Shown piece after piece: positions 25,101 to 36,679 of a stretch of DNA of 64,000 bases (within the stretch, counting starts at the first letter, position 1; each line of letters begins with the position of its first letter). The translations under genes were made by a program, and so were the position numbers. The stretch is from the NCBI RefSeq assembly GCF_031769215.1, contig NW_026782296.1, positions 310,001 through 374,000 on the forward strand, in the 5' to 3' direction. This stretch comes from Ylistrum balloti (Eukaryota). The notes below the pieces were generated by a model. That model was not told where the DNA came from. It did no database searches and saw only the letters and a program-made list of their open reading frames with translations.

Positions 25101-28100
25101 CAGATGGTTTTAAGGATACAATGAGAGCTCCATCACTAAATAGAATAGTACATTTCATTATTTACATCTATTCATGTCAAGATATAATTTCTTATCATTT
25201 TCTTCTATTCCGATCATTTTGAATAAGTGTCCCGCACAAGTGGAAATTTTCGAAACCACTCTTGACCATCAGGTAAGTACATTCTTTTATCCTAATTTAA
25301 ACTACATACCAAGTATTATTGGTAAAAATATTCATATTCTTCAGAATGAAAATGTTAACGCTTAATTGATCTTGTGTGGGAAAATACCGGGAAACAGAGA
25401 ATACTTGTGTGATAAGGCAGGGGACCAAAACCTTTCCATATCTTTAAAGAAATCGAATGTAGAGAGATGGAGAACATAATATAATCACATATCTACCCTG
25501 TTATTAAAACAACACCTATTACTAATTAATTTGTTATGAAACATGTAATATGACGTAAAGGAGCTGTTGGCTGAAGCTTCCACTTTTTCCAATGTGACAT
25601 TTTAACTCTCTGGTAGCAAATGCATTGTGATGTCATCCCAAAAAGATATTGAATCAGGACATTACCAATTAAGTTTGTGCATCAAGTCTAATAAAAAACT
25701 ATTTTTCATACATAGTTCCAAAAGTTTGAAGGTTATGTTATGTACAGAATCTGTCATAAGTTTCCATATCATATTATATTTTCCTTATACATCACCAGAG
25801 GCTCAGTAAAGTGAAAAACTCTAACACTTATTGCATAAACTCATATAAATGGAAGTTCTGCAAACTTCTCAATATTCATTAAATATGTAGCACTGTAGTA
25901 CCCGTTGGTGTAAAGGATATTATAATATCTACTTATTCTGACATCCTATGACAGGTATCATGTTGTTCCTATTACTATTTTGTAGTTTTAACATCCTGAT
26001 TTGATGAATCCCACTTCACTGGTTTCATACCATGAAGAGTTATTACATAAGTACAAGTGTAATTGTTTATGATATATTTCTACTAAAATACAAATTCTTT
26101 ATTTAAAATACTTTCATACTTTGGACAGTTCTTCAATTTTGGGTCAACATGTTTGTCTTGACTTTTGGATCTGCCTGTACTGTTGCCATGATGTCTTCCC
26201 AATGTGCGCCTATGATGCAGCACTGTAGATCGTTCTGTGTCTATTCTTCGGACAAAGATACGAAGCAGATGTGTCCCAGCATGGTAAATCTTGTATTTGA
26301 TGTTAGGATGTTGGAAGACAACTTTCATTAAGGTGTTGATACCTATAGCAACAAAAAATTACCATTTGTTTTACGTTAATTCTTTAAGAGGAAAAAGGAT
26401 TTAAAGCTATATGTTTTCAGGAAACTATGGTTGTGTAGAAGTTGAGAGCACAAGTTGCATTACTAGACTTTGCTAGAATGAATTTCCCATTAGTCAAGCA
26501 GTAGAGTGTCTGCCTAAAGACTGAAGGGTCAGCTGTTTGAACCCCACACAGGGTGCCCTTAATTACTCTTTCCTATTAAAGGTTTAGTGCTGTTGACTAC
26601 TCCAAGGGTAGTTATATATTATATGAGAATGAGATGCTTCCTTGGAGATACTGAACCTTAATTGTTGTCTTTGGGGTCAAACTTTGTGAAGGAGGGAGTG
26701 TTGTAGAAGTTGAAAGTACAAGTCACCTTACTAGCTAGTGGGAATTTCCCTCTTGGTAAGCGGTTGAGTTCATCTAGAGACAGAAATGTAACAGTTGCTA
26801 TTTCGAACCCCAACAATGGCAAGGTTTTTCATTATTCCTTCATATTAGGGTTGTATACCCTGTTATGCCTGAACTAGAAACTGTTTAACACCAGATACTG
26901 TGTGTGGTAGAACAGAGGTGCTAATGTGTACAGGTTACGTGTTGCCTACAGTTAATCCTTACCAAATTAATTATCTACAGTCAATACCATCTATATTGTA
27001 GCTTTGTTAGAATTTTCAACAAGTAAAGAATTACTACAGTTTAGCCTAAGCTTTTGAGCTCCATTAAGCGGCCTCAGTATGTTCAGGTCCTCATTTCATA
27101 CAAAATTTAATCTTTTTCCCCAAAAGATCATTCTGACCAAGTCCAGTCAGAATTTACCTTGTATGTTTCTTAAGAAGATGACATCCATGTGCTTGTTTTT
27201 GTAACCGAAAATAAATGTTTACTCTTCCCCTTGGGTCAAAAAAGTAGCCCCAGGGGCGTGGACTGAACATTTTTTTCTCTCTTACCTACTTTTAAATACC
27301 TTTGAAAAGTAATCTGACATAACACAAGTAGAAATTTAACTTGATATGTTGAATTACATTTAAGGTGGTAGACTTTGTATCAGATGCTATACTTTTAACT
27401 AGAAGTGTTTCAAAATAATTTTGATTCTCACTGTACTGTCACATGCAACCTGAGAAACTACTTTCCCGTTCTATCTATATCACTTTTACTTGTGACTAAC
27501 CTTCATGATGGTAGAATTTGTCTCTGGCCTTGTCATTTTTGAATAGCATGTTACAGAGACAGTTCAACCCTGAAACCAACAGGTTCTTCTGTGAGGCAGG
27601 AGGATAGACCAGGAACTTGGATATGCTGTCTGGAAAGTAAAAATTTTACACTTCATATGAGAATGTCACACAAATCTAACTTCAACCATACATTCATTCT
27701 TAAACTTATCGATTGTGAAAGTCAATGTTAAAAACTCAAGTTTCACAAATGTTATAGCATAAGGTTTACATATTTTTCAAACATACAAGATACATTAAGT
27801 GTTTTTCACACCTTGAATAAATTTAGTGTGGTTCATACTGGAGATAATGTTCTTACCTAAAGCAAATTAAGTGTGGTTCACGCCTAAAATACACTAAGTG
27901 TGGGTCACATCTAGAATACTTCTAGTGTGGTTCATAATGGTCTCACCTAAAACACACTCAGTGTGGTTCACATCTAAAATACATCTAGTGTGGTTCATAA
28001 TGGTCTCACCTAAAACACACTCAGTGTGGTTCACATCTAAAATACATCTAGTGTGGTTTATAATGGTCTCACCTAAAACACACTCAGTGAGGTTACTATT

Positions 28101-30645
28101 GGAGATGCTAGAGGACATCTTTGAATGGAAGGAGATGTTGGTGATCAGTCTCAGGACACAGCAGATAGTTTCTGGCTCAGGACAAAGATATATAAATGTC
28201 TCAAGGATTTCTAGTCCACCTTGCTCAGCCAAAATCTCACCTGACAACAATCATATCAATAGAATTCCATCATGTTTCCATTTACATTTACACATAGTAG
28301 CATTTTTAAAGGACTACAGATTTTACACCCTTTCCTTTTATCTTCTAACTTGAAATCAGATCTTTCGTCTCAAATCAATTTATTCAATTCACATAACAGT
28401 CTGATTTTATCACAATCTGGACATCATATCTTTACTACACTGCTTCCTTTTCAACTCTATTTTGAAAACTTGTGAAACACAGATACTCATCACTCAAACA
28501 TGTATGAAGATGAAAATTCTTATTGAACTATTACTGGAACTAAAAAATATAGCAAACAAATACAAAATATTTCATTGTTTGAGGAACAAGTCCTATATTA
28601 GAGGACTAAATTTTTAACTTACAAGCAGGAATACTTTTCTGACAGATGTTACTGAGAATTGCGGCTGCCAGCTGTGGGATAACCTGATGGCGAGGTGGTG
28701 GTGATACTCCTGTAAAGTACATGACATCATACTTTAATATATGGCAAACATCAGTTGGATATAGGTGGGATTATATCTAAGCATGGGTGTATTACTGATA
28801 AATATAGTATTAAAAAATCGGTAAGCAGGACCAGACAACGCCAATGAAGATCTTCTGTAACTTTATTAGTTGACTAGTTTCGGCACACTAGGTATGCCGT
28901 TCTCAGAACAGTGCAAATTCAAAAAGCAGGACTTTATATACTCCTGTGCCTAGCAACTACACATGTTATTTCCACCAATGTCAAAGAGAGTACACTAGTT
29001 ACAATGACGTAATTAATTGGTGATGTCATAATGCAAGTAAACCGATAGTAGCGGAGTTCCGCTTTGCCCTAGGCTAATGCTATGTAATGTACAAATATCA
29101 ATAAAAAGAAATTATAAAACTGATAAAGAGATACAACAATTAACAACGTTATCTACGGTATATATAAATACATGAGAAGTCTCTCCTACGGCTGGAAATA
29201 TTAACAGGTATGTAGTAAATGTTCGTTCCTAATACCTCAGGGAATCCGCTGTGGAGTGATACTGGACTTACCAGCCTTACCTCTTGGACGTTGGATCTCT
29301 TTTTCTTCGTAAATATAGTATTAGTACATAAACAATAGACAAACTACTTTGTTTAGAGAATTGCATTTAGTACAATTCAATACTGTTTGGAAAATTACTA
29401 CTAAAACCAACATTTCAGTTAGTTTCATTAAAAATATTGGAGTAAAAATATACTGTACTTACAAAAAACATATTAATGGCTGTATTCTAAAGCTTCAATC
29501 TTTCTTTCTCTATTGTTACAAGTTTCATATCCATGAACTATTCTACTCACCTTGATCAAGCATAATATTGAGGAGGAAAAAGAAGGAGAAAAGTGAATAG
29601 GCAAGTAGATTCTATTATTCTGCAACAATAACTTACCTGCCAGTTTACACAACGATATTTGTGGAGGAAACTTGTGTGTACTAAGGTGGTCTGGTAAGGT
29701 ATATACTAGATCACAGTGTATGTCCATCTTGTATCCATAGTCCAAAGCCCAGACTTGGACCTTCCACTGATCAACCTTAATAACCCTAGCCCGCATGTAA
29801 AAAGACTGCTTAGTATCCAGTGTCTTTACGGCAACAACAATGTCACCTACAGTACATCTAGCTGGCTGGAGATTTGCTGTTTCTAAGGCCATCTTTATGT
29901 TGTGAACTGTTTCGATGGTAGACATGCCTATGTGTGCCCAAAATAATGGTCCATCAATGACATCTGACACAAAAATGTCTTCCCACTTTTCCTCATCTTC
30001 TTGTGTTTCCTCAATCTCTATCATGTTTGGCCAGGAATCTTGTTTAAAATTTTCCAAGAGATGATCTGTGATATTCACATCCCTGTCAGAATCACTGGTG
30101 TCAAACAATGAACAAATTTTTAAGTTGCTAGGCAACATGTCCAAATCCTTTAACTTTAGATTTGAAAGTTTGTGTACTTGTTTGTGCATTTCTGAAGACA
30201 TTATCTTGGTTTTTATTCTCCCTATCAAGTGCTTGTTTTCACAAAGCAGTTGAAAATTTCTTGTAAATTTTGATGTAAAATGATAAATGCTGCCGTTAAC
30301 ATTCAACAAGTATAGCAGGCACCTCATAACGTCGCCTGATATCATACGTTGAAGAGGCCCTATTGACAGCTGTGACAAAAACCAAAGACATTTCAATGAT
30401 ACATCAAGGGAAGCCAATTCTGACTGGATATCTAGTGCCGAGTCCACAGTTATCAAAAGAGTTTCTAAAAGTCCTCTGTCCATGAACAATTGACTGATAT
30501 TGCCATTTTTGTCATTCTTTAAGAATTCTTGAATTATCGTTAATGAGGCAAGTTGTGTGCTGTAGTTGTTCTTGATGCGAGTAAGGTCTATATGGTACTG
30601 GAGAAGGCGTGAGGCAACTGCCCTCTCACTTATCCTGCTATCCAT
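19151..30645 (-). CDS. ARM-like / extended Tudor / Schlafen AlbA_2 (SLFNL1-like) multidomain protein, about 792 aa, 12 exons
   Basis: Minus-strand exons 30645-29637, 28709-28623, 28240-28073, 27629-27501, 26342-26120, 24998-24917, 23462-23393, 22811-22734, 22384-22271, 21134-20913, 20089-19989 and 19246-19151. All are GT-AG and phase-compatible, totalling 2379 nt. Tudor: VSDVIDGPLFWAH...YMRARVIKVDQWKVQVWALDYG...PPQISLCKLAG. AlbA_2: ENDTTHELR...VCGFLNSGKGGSIYIGI...ELNRNDRDDFRLSVD...YTTKDGECYYRFGAHT. The linker exons at 24.9-26.3 kb are the least certain. Confidence 0.8.
21547..21788 (+). mobile_element. tRNA-derived SINE with V-domain-like core
   Basis: A box TGGCGCAGTGG, B box GTGTTCAATGCC and core GGGTTTTCCTCAGGTACTCTGGTTTCCTCCCAC. 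It is flanked by the 10-bp direct repeat AAGATTGTAT (21537-21546 and 21789-21798). Confidence 0.8.
21895..22277. repeat. Tandem array, 30-bp unit, about 12-13 copies, starting at an exon-intron junction
   Basis: Minus-strand unit AACAGTG|GTATGTCCCTTGCTACCATATTA. The first copy is the donor of exon 22384-22271. Confidence 0.97.
22978..23100 (+). mobile_element. Fragment of the 156-bp HINE-internal repeat family
   Basis: AAATTTGAGAAAGACCCATCCAGTA...AAAATCCAAGATGGCCACCTGTCGG...ACTAGGGACCAAGGG matches the unit at 39770-40335. Confidence 0.75.
23597..24261. repeat. Intronic tandem array, 59/60-bp unit, about 11 copies
   Basis: Unit AGTTCTCTCTGGTAGCACCAATGATGACTGACTGACAAATACAGGCGGAGACAAACTAAT. 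Lines 23761, 23821 and 23881 align in register. Confidence 0.97.
27800..28092. repeat. Tandem array, 63-bp unit, starting at an exon-intron junction
   Basis: TTTTAG|GTGAGACC recurs on the minus strand at 28073, 28010 and 27947, then decays. Confidence 0.93.
28813..29309. mobile_element. 497-bp insertion with a 14-bp target-site duplication (probable retroelement fragment)
   Basis: The direct repeat TAAATATAGTATTA lies at 28799-28812 and 29310-29323, and the insert is richer in CpG than its flanks. The motif GACTAGTTTCGGC...GCCGTTCTCAG is reminiscent of Penelope-like ends, but the family is not established. Confidence 0.55.
29637..29990 (-). other. Extended Tudor domain-encoding segment
   Basis: KWEDIFVSDVIDGPLFWAH...VGDIVVAV...YMRARVIKVDQWKVQVWALDYGY...PPQISLCKLAG fits the eTudor pattern (V..V..P..F.vQ...YRA.V....V.F.DYG...P.QA..C.LAG). 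Confidence 0.85.
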
Positions 30646-32449
30646 TTTTATTCATCTCTACAGTATCAAGCTTTCTTTCATATTTTAATCCTACGATGGA
30701 TTTAGCTTATAGTCTTTGAAGCATTTCCAATCTAAAAGAGAAAAAGTCATCATTGAAATACATATAACTTGGGTACAGCGATCTGTTTAAATTTGCCTGC
30801 ATAAATAAGTTTTCATTAAGGTATTAGAATTCTCTGTGTCCAGTTGACATCAAAAAGAAAAAAAAAAACAAATAAAGATGAATAATAATAAATTAGAAAC
30901 CAGCTAATTAGTAATGCATAGGTGCATAATTAAAACAAATTATACATATGTTAATAGCAATGCAATTTTCTGAATGTTGAAAATAAAGGACATACATTGT
31001 ATTCTTTTAAAGACTTAAAACACATTGCAGTTTGTAAGATGCATTTAAGGGATAGATGTGTAAATAAATGAGCAATGACGGAAAACTCTTTATCTATAAC
31101 TACACAGCTGACAAATGTTATTGTTAATCACATCAATTCTTAATTAGTACAGACAAATCAGCTGACCAACAAAGCCATACCATCCAATAAAAAAAAAACC
31201 TTGGAATTTGTTCTTTCTGATGTTCATTTAATAAATAAGGCAAATATAACTTGCAGATACATGTATATAATCACCACTGACAAACTTTGATTCATCTCTT
31301 AAAAACTATCAATTCTGGAGTACCCAAAGATCAGTTTTCTGACCAAATTTATTTCTCTTCCATATGTTTGCAGATAATACCATAATGGGAACTTTGTGAA
31401 ACTAAAATACTGATGAGAGATCTAAGCAGTTAATCTCTGTAGAGATGTGGGTAAAGATCATGAAAATAATCTTCAACGCTAGCAAATGAAATGTGCTGTT
31501 ACAAAAATGCACTTTATTAGATCAATCAATACTATACTGTACACTGACACATATTAGAAAATGCAGATAAGATAAAGCTTTTGAGTGTCACAAAACAATC
31601 TCAACTTAAATGAGACTCTCATGATTACCATATTTATCCCAAAATAAGCCCTCCCATCCTTGTATTAAAGTATTTCAGCTTATTTGGGGACTACTTCTAG
31701 CTTACTACTGCAAAAATGAAGAAAAGGCATTATTTGTTGCCAAGTGTTATTTGTGGAAATAAATATTGTATAACAAAATTTGCTCTAAAAGGAAATTACA
31801 CTCGGGTTTTATGAGTGTTTACCTCAAAACATTAGCTAAATCTAAAAAGTGCTTGCTGTCCTAAAGATGATAACCTGTAGTTATAAAATAACAGTATGGC
31901 CATCACTTCTAATGATTAGAATATGCTTGCATAGCATGACTGTATAAAAGTAGCCCTACTATTATATAACCACAGTTATGTATATAACTGAAATAGTTCG
32001 CTTGGACTGCATACTATAAATGTATACATGTGCCTTGCGAGACATTGCAATAAATCATTGTAACATGATTAACGTCGGCTGCCCTCTACTTACAAATGAC
32101 TGCTTTCCATGTATATATTTTTGGAAAAGCCTTCAGTGCATGTGTGCAATCTATGGAATTATGAGATACAAATGTACCATTTTCTAGTCAATTGGCCATA
32201 ACTGTGGAAAAAATAAGTTGACCAAATAAATACTCAAACTTACATGTTATGATTTCGCAAGTGAACTTCAAAATGTAGTTTCAAAGTCACATTCATCTAT
32301 GAAAAATGCAGAAAATGATACTTTAGTTGAAGGGCCATAACTCTGGAAATGAAAGTTGACAGGAACCCAAAATCGTGATTTGCATCGGTATAAAATCATA
32401 CAGCTTAGTTATCTCATTTTGCAAATATTCTGTCCATCACTATGTCCAT

Positions 32450-32663
32450 AGAGTAAGGCCAACATAAAGGACACTAGCAGCAGAGACATATATATACGTA
32501 TCTGGTAGCAGTTCCTACTGCTTGCAGTTTGTTTTGATATCCTGCTCCGAGAACGACCACGCTTGAAGTGAAACGCGTGTTCCTTTTGCGATGAAAAAAA
32601 ATAGCCAATCAGAACAATTGTACCAGTCACGTCGGTTCAGTCATTATTGCAAAAATGGCTGCC
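32450..32663. promoter_or_regulatory. Probable bidirectional promoter between the Tudor-Schlafen gene and PSMB7
   Basis: CpG-enriched, with CCAAT at 32605-32609 and a YY1-like AAAATGGCTGCC over the PSMB7 ATG. The minus-strand gene's ATG exon starts at an acceptor (30731), so it needs an upstream UTR exon. Confidence 0.5.
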
Positions 32664-35600
32664 GTGCTTGGAGCCGAACCGCAAATAGGAGGGTTTAATT
32701 TCGAAAATTATGCCAGGTAAGATGTATTGTTTCGTCTATTTATGATAAAACATGTATAAAATATAACGTGACATTTCTAGTGAACTTTTAGAAGTCTTTT
32801 TGCTATACGTAACATAAACGTTGCTTTCGGCGAACGACTTCACCATGACAAAGCAACATCGATAAGCACAGCAATATTTTCTTGTTATAATTTCAGGAAC
32901 GTATCTCTCGAGCAAGCAGGGGTTCATCCACCAAAGGCTTACAAAACAGGGACAACAATCGTCGGTTTAGTTTACAAGGTAATATATGTACCGTACAGAA
33001 CTAGAATGTTAAAACCTCTACTTCCCAATATCCATTGTTGATATATACTACTTCTCTTTCTTGCAAATGTAAAAGTTGAGAGTAAATGTCGCCTTTGTAG
33101 CCTCGGCAAGTAGAGAGTCAAGCGGTAGAAATGACCAACTACAGACAGAAAGGTCACTAGTTCGAATCCCACTAGGGACAAGGTTTTTTTCATTACTCCT
33201 CCCTATTACACCAGTATATTACGTGCAGTACGAAACGTCCCATCGATGGCCTCTGACGTTTCAACCCACGACTTTGGTGTCCAGCTGCGCCGGTTCGCTG
33301 ATAGATCAATACTGTGTTATCAAAATTGTAAAAATGACATTTTGATTCTACCACAATAAAAATGTTTGAAAAAAGGTAATAATAATAATAATGATAATAA
33401 AGAACAAACAAACAAAAATGATAGCAGCAAGATTGCCAAACATGATACAAGTGAAACAGGTTGAACACAACCCAGAATGCAGGCACTGTAATAGTTTAGG
33501 GACAGTTAACATTACTGCTTTGAGTAGGAAATTTGTTTCTGCAATGGTGAATAATTTGAAATAGAAATACATATGAAACATTCTTCTTGAACATTTCAAA
33601 ACAAAAATGATATGATAATCCAAATGCCAATAGTCTGGGAAAACTCACAATCTGGAGAGTTTGCCTGATTGTCATCAGTTAAACAGATAGATACATGTTG
33701 TAGCCTGTACCCTTACTGTCCATAAATGGAGTTAAACTACTTTTCTGCTTTTCTCCCATTGTTAAAACTTCCATCCATGATATCAAGAGAGGTAAACATA
33801 TCATATGCAATATAGCTTGTTTAGTAATTACTGCAAAATAACTTAAACATTACATGTAGCTTTTCATGATTTGATTGTGACATTATGTGCACAGTATTAA
33901 TCTAGAAACATAGACAAAGCAAAGCTGTATACAAGTCCCTATTCACATAACTTAATGCTGTATACTATATTTTACAGGATGGTGTTGTATTGGGTGCTGA
34001 TACCAGAGCTACAGAAGGGTCTGTGGTGGCTGATAAAAACTGTGCAAAAATCCACTATATAGCAGACAATATTTAGTGAGTTAATAAGCTATATTAGTGA
34101 GCAGCAGATTAGAAAATATGAAAAAAATAACTTGATTATTTTGCATATATATTTCTGATCAGTATTATAGCTTTGCTGTACAAAAAGAAATTAATGTGAC
34201 GTTGACTCAACACCTTATTTCAGCTATTTTAAGGAAGGAATTCTACAAGCAAAACATTTTTGACTTTCCCATTTTTGAGTTCCCAGAAATCTTAACTCTG
34301 TCAGTATGCATCACTCTTCTAATATTTACACATTTCTTTTCAAACTGAAGAGTAAAGAGTAGAAGCATTGTTTAGCAAAAACTATTTATGATATTATAAC
34401 CCTTCTAGTTGCTGTGGTGCTGGTACTGCGGCTGACACAGAGATGACCACACAGAGGATTTCATCACAGCTTGAGCTTCACCGTCTTAACACTGGCAGGG
34501 TACCACGAGTGTGTACAGCTAACAGACTCCTAAAACAAATGCTCTTCAGGTAAACATAGATACAGTATATTTCTTTTCCGTGTATAAATATGTTGTTTAC
34601 AGATAGATTGATGAGATAATTAATCTTCCATTGGGAACTGGAGTGGGAAAGAGGCTCTAGTATTGCATTGTGTCAGTCCTGCTATTTTATCGGGGCTCTA
34701 TATCTGTACTTGTCACTGAAACTTCAAACTTTGTGTATGAGTTCACCTTGGAGAGACAGTGTCATTCATCAATAATAAATCACTCTGACATTTTGACTTT
34801 TGACCTACATCAAAGAAAAAGTGTGTCAGGGCACTGTCTCCTATACCACTATATATACAGGATGTAGGTTCACCGTGGTGAGACTGAGGCAGTGTGTTGT
34901 ATTTCAAAAGTGTAGGTCAATCTCGTCTACATTTTTACCTTTAACATTCATAAAGGAAAAAGTTTGTCTAGACTCCATCTCCTATACTATTCCTCACTGA
35001 GAATTCATCCTTGTGGTATGTTTTGTTCTAAAATTTGTTCTTAAACCTTCATCAAAGGGAAAATACTGTTTGGGCTGTACTGCTAGTTTGTTCTAGCTAT
35101 CCATGCATTTTTGGCATATTTCACATTCAGTGGAAGACTATGAGTCTTGTTGGTTTCAGATGTTCTTGGAGCTTCCATTAGTGAAACAGGTATATTAAAA
35201 ATGGTTACATCTTTAACATTAACTTGGAACTTTGGAGCAAATTAACATATGGGTGAACTTTCAGGATATGCTTTTTTGGGGTTCCAGGTACCATGGTGGC
35301 ATCAGTGCAGCCCTTGTACTGGGAGGTGTTGACTCCACTGGCCCTCATCTCTACAGTGTGTGGCCCCATGGATCTACTGACAAACTACCATATGTCACAA
35401 TGGGTAGGTTGTACACTAGTCTGCAGAAAATAATATTACACTTACAGAAAATATAGAATTATATATTGCAATATAACAGTTTTTAGATTAAAAAAAAAAT
35501 ATTTTGAACAATAAGGATAAAAATAGGTGTATCAGGTACTTATCATCTGCAGCATACTCACCTTACTGATCTCTTACTTCATACAAATCACAGTTTATCT

Positions 35601-36679
35601 CTCTGATTAATCTTGACATGTTCCCAACAAATATGATGTCTAAATACTAAATGACTTTGTCTTTGTGACTCATTGCACCACACTTGGTACACGGGTATAT
35701 TTATGTATTATATATTTCTCTTTAATAGGTTCAGGATCACTAGCAGCTATGGCTACATTTGAGGACCGCTTTAAACCACAAATGGAGGTAACATCATCGA
35801 ATGACAAGATTAGACTAATGAATTAAAGTGTTACAATGACTGCTTCATTAATATGTTAACACCCCATAGAAATCATTTATTTGTTCATAAGTAGTGGTAG
35901 ACATTATAAAAGAATCATTTATTTAGAAAAAAAATACATAGTGAAGAGAATTAAGATAATCCATTAGAGGACTCGGATTATGAATTCGAAAGTGAAATGT
36001 CAGTTTCCTTTGTCAATGTGTATATAGGACAATTGATGATTTTTTTCATGCCTTGCAATTGAAACCGAAGCATGTAGTATATAGTCAGAATTTGTGTTTC
36101 TGCTTATTTACATAATATACTGTTACATGGATTGGCATTAAATGATTCTAGAAGAAAGGTAAATTAGTCAAGCGTAGCATGTTTAAGTTATGAAGGAAGT
36201 GGTTGAAACATCTGGAGATTTATCTTGTTTTCTGAATGATTAGACAAAATAATTCTAGCCAAACATAGTTGTACTATATCTGTATTAAAATGAAAAAACA
36301 AAAAATCCTAATCTGTCAGGTTGTTTCCTTAACCTTTCCATTGAACACCATGGCCTCAAAGGCATTTACATGGAGATCAAACAAATCTATTAGACAAAAT
36401 ACAAAACCAGACTACCACTCTTTATGGAAAAGTCTGAAAATGCCAAACTACAGGAGAAAGTGTCGGCAAAATGTTTTGTTATATTTAGTATGCATGCCAT
36501 TCAGTGATTACATTTTTGTGTTTGCAGAAAGACCAGGCCATACAGCTAGTGAGGGATGCCATTGCTGCTGGCATATTTAATGATCTTGGATCAGGAAGTA
36601 ATGTGGATGTTTGTGTTATAACCAAGGGCAAAGTAGAGTACATGCGACCATATGATGAAGCAAACATAAAGGGACTGAG
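32655..36679 (+). CDS. PSMB7: Proteasome subunit beta type-7 (beta2); 7 exons found, terminal exon not located
   Basis: Exons 32655-32716, 32897-32978, 33978-34075, 34409-34549, 35288-35403, 35729-35787 and 36528-36679. Translation includes [22 protein letters not shown]|[61 protein letters not shown]. The propeptide is 39 aa and Thr1, Asp17 and Lys33 are present. Confidence 0.97.
33069..33192 (+). mobile_element. tRNA-like (Pol III) SINE head in PSMB7 intron 2
   Basis: A-box-like GTCAAGCGGTAG and B box GTTCGAATCC (33160-33169), followed by a T-run. The stems do not pair as a tRNA. Related copies lie at about 26429-26560 and 26698-26825. Confidence 0.55.

Noticed and set aside
33105-33185. 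Functional tRNA gene
   Set aside because: A and B boxes are present, but the T-stem and acceptor stem do not pair, so it is treated as a SINE-like head.
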